A stretch of 64,000 nucleotides of DNA. Origin: an uncultured Acidobacteriota bacterium. GTDB taxonomy: Bacteria; Acidobacteriota; Thermoanaerobaculia; Multivoradales; SZUA-115. A program made the translations under genes and the position numbers. The notes under the pieces were generated by a model. That model was not told where the DNA came from. It was given only the letters and a program-made list of their open reading frames with translations, and ran no database searches. The stretch spans positions 352,001 to 416,000 of the forward strand of contig CAWDVR010000001.1 of assembly GCA_963805975.1 (NCBI GenBank). Direction: 5' to 3'. Within the stretch, counting starts at the first letter, position 1; every line of letters begins with the position of its first letter. Positions 59,259 through 64,000 of this stretch are shown piece after piece.

Positions 59259-61001
59259 ATGGCTGCCGCAGTCCACGAAGATCGCAGGATCGACACCCGC
59301 ATGCCGCTCACCGGCGGTGGAGATCTCTCCGCCGATCGCACCCTGTCATTTTCTGAGCTCTTCGATGTCCACGCCTACGGCGCGGTGGGAGACGGCACGA
59401 CCGACGACCAGCCGGCGATCCAGGCGGCGATCGACGCCCTGAAGGCCGCCGGCCGCGGCATCCTGTGGTTCCACGCCGGCCGCACTTATCGGCACGACCT
59501 CGAGCTGGTGTTCGATGACATGCACGGCTTCGTGATCGTGGGCAATCGCGCCCGCACGCTCAATGGGGACGCGCCGCCGCTGCCGCCGCCGGGGCAGCCG
59601 CTCTTTCTCACTCAGGCGTGCCTGCGGTTTCGCGCCTGCAGCAACTTCACCATCACCGACCTGGTGGTGGACGGCAACCGGGCCGAACGCATGGGCCCCA
59701 GCCCGCCGACCAACGCCACCGGGCCGAACAGCATCGTGCTGCAGCAGTGCTCGGAGTTCAGCCTGTGCGGCGTGAGCTCGAACAATGCGGTGGGCGACGG
59801 CTACTACCTGCGGGCGCAGACGCCCGCGGACCCCGGCACCTACACCCGCAACGGCCAGTTCGTGGGCTGCTCCGCCGAGGGCTGCTTCCGCGACGGCCTG
59901 ACGATGATCAACGCTGTCGACATCCAGGTCCTGGGTGGCACCTTCAGCCGCCAGAGCGGGACCAACCCGCAGACCGGCATCCAGCTCGAGCCCAACGCCA
60001 ACTCGGCGGACCCCGGAGTCGAGCGCATCACCATCCAGGGGGCGTCTTTCTTCGACAACGCGGGCCGCGGGGTGGGGGTGGCGGCGCGGGTGCGCCACGT
60101 GACGATCACCGGCTGCACCTTCAGCCGCTGCGATCGCGCCGCGGTGGTGCTGCGCGGAGCGCAGGTAGCGGTCGAGGGCTGTACCTTCGAGGACTTCGGT
60201 GACGCGGACTCGGCGATCCTCGACGTCGCCGGCCCGGACCAGGCGACGATCGCCGGCAACCTGTTGCGGCGCATCACCGCCGCGCTGCCGGCGATCCGGG
60301 TCAGCGCGCAGTCCACACGCGTGGTGGTGGCGAACAACAACCTTTACGACGTGGCGCGGGCCGGGATCGACTCCTTCGCGCCCGGGACGCTGATCACCGG
60401 CAACCGGCTGGAGAAGGTGGGTGGCGTGGGCATCGAGCTGCGCGGCGCGAACTCGGTGGTGTCGAGCAACGTGATCGTCGGCGCCGCGAGCTTCGCCGTC
60501 CACCTCTCCGCGCCCAATGCCCGCGTGCTCGGCAACGTGGTGCTGGACACCGCGCGCAGCGGAGCCGGCGGTGACATCCAGGCCGAGGCGCCCGCGACCG
60601 GCGCCTCTATCGACCACAACACCATCGTGATCGCGACCCCCGATGCCGCGCGGAGCGCCATCTACTGCTTCGCCGATCCGGCCTCGGTGGTCGGCAACCG
60701 GGTGCTCGGCTTCAGCCCGGCGCTCGCCATCCGTTTCGCCTCCGGGCACACGGACGCGGCGAACGACCTCCCCTCCCCACGTTTCGCCAACTCGGGGGCG
60801 GTGGACGGGCTGGAGATCCACCGCTTCCGCCTCGGCGGCGCGGTGCACTTCGCCGCGGCCGCCGCGCCCACGAGCGGCACCTGGGCGCGGGGGGACCTGG
60901 TGTTCAACACCCAGCCGACGCCCGGCGGCTTCGTGGGCTGGGTGTGCACGAGCGCCGGGACGCCGGGGGCGTGGAGCATCTTCGGCTCGATCTCTCCCTA
61001 G
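59259..61001 (+). CDS. Right-handed parallel beta-helix protein, tailspike/pectate-lyase-3-like
   Basis: GGGAG RBS; YGAVGDGTTDDQPAIQAAID; many GN/NN beta-helix rungs; C-terminal PTSGTWARGD...GWVC..AGTPG. Confidence 0.8.
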   Translation: MAAAVHEDRRIDTRMPLTGGGDLSADRTLSFSELFDVHAYGAVGDGTTDDQPAIQAAIDALKAAGRGILWFHAGRTYRHDLELVFDDMHGFVIVGNRARTLNGDAPPLPPPGQPLFLTQACLRFRACSNFTITDLVVDGNRAERMGPSPPTNATGPNSIVLQQCSEFSLCGVSSNNAVGDGYYLRAQTPADPGTYTRNGQFVGCSAEGCFRDGLTMINAVDIQVLGGTFSRQSGTNPQTGIQLEPNANSADPGVERITIQGASFFDNAGRGVGVAARVRHVTITGCTFSRCDRAAVVLRGAQVAVEGCTFEDFGDADSAILDVAGPDQATIAGNLLRRITAALPAIRVSAQSTRVVVANNNLYDVARAGIDSFAPGTLITGNRLEKVGGVGIELRGANSVVSSNVIVGAASFAVHLSAPNARVLGNVVLDTARSGAGGDIQAEAPATGASIDHNTIVIATPDAARSAIYCFADPASVVGNRVLGFSPALAIRFASGHTDAANDLPSPRFANSGAVDGLEIHRFRLGGAVHFAAAAAPTSGTWARGDLVFNTQPTPGGFVGWVCTSAGTPGAWSIFGSISP

Positions 61002-62932
61002 CGCGGCGTGAGGGTGAGCCGGAAGAGGAAGTCCAGATCGGTCCGCCGGTTGAACGTCACGCCGCCGTCGGTCGAGACGTAGGAGAGGCCGGCGATCGGC
61101 GCCTGGGCAGAAACGCCGATCAGCGGCGGCAGGCCGCTGACCCCCGGGAAGGGTGTCGAGGTCGGCAGCCGCAGCACGAGGAACACGTCCTCGATGTCGC
61201 CGTGGCGGATCTTGCGCAGCAGCTCGCTGCCAAGCAGGCGCGGCGCGGAGAAGAAGAAGGGCGCGAAATCGGCGTCCTGACCGACGAAGCCGACGGTGCG
61301 GCGCAGCGGGTGGGCGAGGTCGATCGTTGCCGTCGAGCCGCTCACCACGCGGCCCGCGGCGAGCATCGCCTCGGAGAAGACGGGCACCACGGACCAGTTC
61401 ACCGTCCTGGTCAGGAACTCCGCCGCCTGCACGTCGATGCCGTCACCCGCGTCGGCCGCCAGCAGCTCGGCGCCCGGGATGCGCACCGCGTAGTAGGTGC
61501 CGGCAGCGGCACCGGTGAAGACGAAGCCGCTCAGGGCATTGAAGTGGGCGAGGTCGAGCTGCAGGTTGGTGACGACGTCTACACCGTTCAGCGTCACGCC
61601 CGGCACCGCGGGCACCGGGGTTGCCAGGCCCGGTGCCCGCTCGACCGACGCATCGAGCGGGAAGCCGAAGGCCTCCTCGTGAAAGTCGTGCTGGCCGAAG
61701 AAGTCGCCGATCTCCTCGTTGAGGCCGATCGCCCCCGCCGGGACCGGCAGCCCGTCCACGGCTTCGATGCGCAGCCGGTAGAGGCCCAGGGGCAGAGGCA
61801 GCTCGTAGACGCCGTCGCGGATGTTGAAGGCCTCGTCGACCACGAAGAGCTCCCCGGTCAGGGGATCGACCGAGACCCGGCTGTGGCCCGAGAAAGCCGC
61901 GGCGGCGAGTCGGCCGGTCACCAGGTTCTCGGCCACCACGCTGGCGCCGGCCACGGGAAAGCCGGTCTCGCCGTCCGTCACCGCGCCGCGCAGGCGGCCA
62001 TAGACGTGGCTGAAGCGCAGGTCGCCGGGCTGGAGCGCCGCGGGACCGCTCGCCGCCGTGCCCTCGGGATAGTGCAGCGACAGAGTGGCGACGTCGTCCT
62101 CGCCCAGGGAGCGGTTGCCGAGCTCGTCGGCGGGGTCGCCGGTGTCGACGAACGGAAACATCGTGGTTCCGGTGCCGTCGCTCGCCGAGAGCTGGTTGTC
62201 CACGGTGTGTGAAAGGCCGGCGGCATGGCCGTACTCGTGCACCGCCACGGCCAGGAGGTCCACCGAGGCGGGGTTGGTGTCCACCGCGGCGTTGCCGGTG
62301 GTGAAGCGGTAGTCGCCGGTGTTGAACTGCACGTCGGCGTCGAGCATGGTGCCGGCCGGATAGCTGCCCGCGGGCAGCTCGAGATCGCCGTCACCATCCG
62401 CGTCGCCGCAGGTGGCGATCGAGCCCGAGACATCGGGATCGCCGTCCTCGTCCAGGTCGGCACCGGGAGAGAGGATGGAGTCCTCGACCAGCACCGTGCT
62501 CGAGGCCAAGGCGATGATCTCGAAGTCGTCGGAGGTACGAAAGGTCAGCTCGTTGACGAAGTCGAAGCCGACGAGCCCCGCGTTGCCGGTCGTACCGTCG
62601 AGGGCGAAGGCGAGGTAGGAAGTCTTGATCTGGGTCCAGCCGGCGAAGGCCTCGGTCAGCACCGGCGCCGCGGCCGCGAGGGAGAGGAACGGCGCGCCGA
62701 GCGGGTTGGGGATCGGGTCCTGGGTGTTGTTGAGCCGGAAGCGAACCGGGATGCAGCGCGCATCCCAGCGGATCGGCTCGAGGTCGCCGATGATCTGGCC
62801 CGGTATCGGAGACGGGCGCTGGCCCGTGACGTCGACGACTTTCAGGAAGCCGCCGCCGCGGGCGGGCGGAGCGAGCGCGGTGAACGCCACCACGAGGGTG
62901 GCGGCGAGGGACCAGTTTCGGGAGTGGCTCAT
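60998..62932 (-). CDS. Secreted matrixin-like (metzincin) metalloprotease
   Basis: Signal peptide; HEYGHAAGLSH, Met-turn TMFP; DxDxDG loops; carboxypeptidase-regulatory-like domain. Confidence 0.85.
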   Translation of the reverse strand: MSHSRNWSLAATLVVAFTALAPPARGGGFLKVVDVTGQRPSPIPGQIIGDLEPIRWDARCIPVRFRLNNTQDPIPNPLGAPFLSLAAAAPVLTEAFAGWTQIKTSYLAFALDGTTGNAGLVGFDFVNELTFRTSDDFEIIALASSTVLVEDSILSPGADLDEDGDPDVSGSIATCGDADGDGDLELPAGSYPAGTMLDADVQFNTGDYRFTTGNAAVDTNPASVDLLAVAVHEYGHAAGLSHTVDNQLSASDGTGTTMFPFVDTGDPADELGNRSLGEDDVATLSLHYPEGTAASGPAALQPGDLRFSHVYGRLRGAVTDGETGFPVAGASVVAENLVTGRLAAAAFSGHSRVSVDPLTGELFVVDEAFNIRDGVYELPLPLGLYRLRIEAVDGLPVPAGAIGLNEEIGDFFGQHDFHEEAFGFPLDASVERAPGLATPVPAVPGVTLNGVDVVTNLQLDLAHFNALSGFVFTGAAAGTYYAVRIPGAELLAADAGDGIDVQAAEFLTRTVNWSVVPVFSEAMLAAGRVVSGSTATIDLAHPLRRTVGFVGQDADFAPFFFSAPRLLGSELLRKIRHGDIEDVFLVLRLPTSTPFPGVSGLPPLIGVSAQAPIAGLSYVSTDGGVTFNRRTDLDFLFRLTLTPR

Positions 62933-63507
62933 CGCGCCACCTCGCTCGCGGCCCGCGCCAGGCCGGCCGCGATCTCGCTCTTGAGCGCCGCGAGCCCGAC
63001 CGACTCGGCGGTGCCGCGCACCGCGCGGCCGGCGGCGTCGACGAGCGTCAGCTCGCGCAGGTCGCGGCTGCCGAGCTCACCCGCGGGACCGTCGGTGATC
63101 GCGAACAGGCCCTGGCTGAAGCCGACCAGGACATGCAGGCCGCCGAGCTCCGTCGAAGGGCGCAGGAAGAGAAGCGCCTCCTGGCCGGCGAAGAGCTGCG
63201 GCGCGCCGGCGTAGAGCACCTGCACCGGCGGCCGGTGCGCGAGGTCGATGCCGCCGGGGACGGCCACGGTCAGGGACGCGGCCGGCTCGCCCTTCAAGGT
63301 CTCTTCGACCTCGAAGGTGGCGAGCGTGACGAGCGTGCGCCCCACCCATCGCGCCCGGGTGGCGACGCAGCGGCCGGTGACGATGCGCTCGGAGCGCGCC
63401 GTGAGCTCGGGAGTCGAGACCAGGCGGGCGGTCGTGGCCTGGAGGGCCTCCGGGCCCGGGCCCAGGGCGACGCCTAACAGAAGCAACCTGCAAACAATTT
63501 TCCTCAT
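62929..63507 (-). CDS. Secreted hypothetical protein coupled to the matrixin gene
   Basis: GGGAGG RBS; signal peptide; ELTARSERIVTG...VEETLKG...VPGG...GAPQLFAGQEALLFL...GFSQG; ATGA overlap with the protease start. Confidence 0.75.
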   Translation of the reverse strand: MRKIVCRLLLLGVALGPGPEALQATTARLVSTPELTARSERIVTGRCVATRARWVGRTLVTLATFEVEETLKGEPAASLTVAVPGGIDLAHRPPVQVLYAGAPQLFAGQEALLFLRPSTELGGLHVLVGFSQGLFAITDGPAGELGSRDLRELTLVDAAGRAVRGTAESVGLAALKSEIAAGLARAASEVAR

Positions 63508-63664
63508 GCATCCTCCCGCAAAGTAGAGAAAGATAGGAGCATCCGGTCGAGACCGGCTCTTGAAGCCAGGTGCCGAGGGTGCTACAGGCTTAGGTGCCGA
63601 TGCGGTGGGGCGGGAAGGACACGCCGAGGCGAAAACCGGCGCTTCTACGGCGGGCGGGCGGTCC

Positions 63665-63859
63665 CTAGCTCTTGGGCATGGCGAGCCACAGAATGATGTA
63701 GACCAGGATCCCCGGAAAAGCGACAGAGAGGATCGAGAGCACAACGTAGAGGACGCGGACCAGAGTGGAACTCCAGCCCAGCCATTCGGCGAGACCGCCG
63801 CAGACGCCGGCGATCACGCGGTCGCTGGTGGAACGGTGGAGGCGGGTCGAGGTCGTCAT
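63665..63859 (-). CDS. PspC domain protein
   Basis: LHRSTSDRVIAGVCGGLAE...VRVLY...YIILWLAMP. Confidence 0.93.
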   Translation of the reverse strand: MTTSTRLHRSTSDRVIAGVCGGLAEWLGWSSTLVRVLYVVLSILSVAFPGILVYIILWLAMPKS

Positions 63860-63909
63860 GGCATTCTCTTTCCGGCGGCGGGCCGCCTTTCTCGCGTCAC
63901 TCTACGCCC

Positions 63910-63936
63910 TACGCCGCACGTGCGGGGAATGTTCCC
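63910..63936 (-). promoter_or_regulatory. ECF sigma-type promoter
   Basis: GGGAAC-N17-CGTA on the minus strand, upstream of the PspC gene. Confidence 0.5.
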
Positions 63937-64000
63937 GGCACCGCGCCTTCGCGCACGAAGACGAACTCCTGGCGGCCGTTGCGCAGCAGGAAGGTGCCGT

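Noticed and set aside
63568-63600. Direct repeat AGGTGCCGA twice, upstream of the matrixin operon
   Set aside because: Only 9 bp and two copies; cannot be distinguished from chance.

Overview
This is a very GC-rich bacterial chromosome segment, most likely Acidobacteriota and probably Thermoanaerobaculia-like. That assignment is inferred from the PadR + ADOP permease pair and the secreted-protein repertoire. It holds about 55 CDS. Core genes are recA, murB and yceD-rpmF-plsX-fabG-acpP-fabF. It also carries ETF-QO, a moxR-DUF58-transglutaminase triad, a surface-glycosylation block (GT2, GT4, GT-C-like, methyltransferases), many secreted hydrolases, a sensor diguanylate cyclase and two REP-like composite repeats. 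I saw no tRNA, rRNA, CRISPR array, transposase or prophage. Most notable: (1) a 27-codon, doubly coupled mini-ORF that looks like an internally deleted fabD; (2) a secreted pre-pro peptide with an 8-Cys defensin/knottin-like C-terminus; (3) an orphan NqrB/RnfD-like membrane domain continuous in frame with a DUF2330 gene that keeps its own RBS and signal peptide; (4) an orphan phage tailspike-like beta-helix gene; (5) several enzymes with altered catalytic residues; (6) twin PadR operator-like palindromes; (7) three ECF-type promoters before envelope genes; (8) a probable one-base CTAG deletion that removes two stop codons at once. All family calls come from motif recognition by eye, without database searches.
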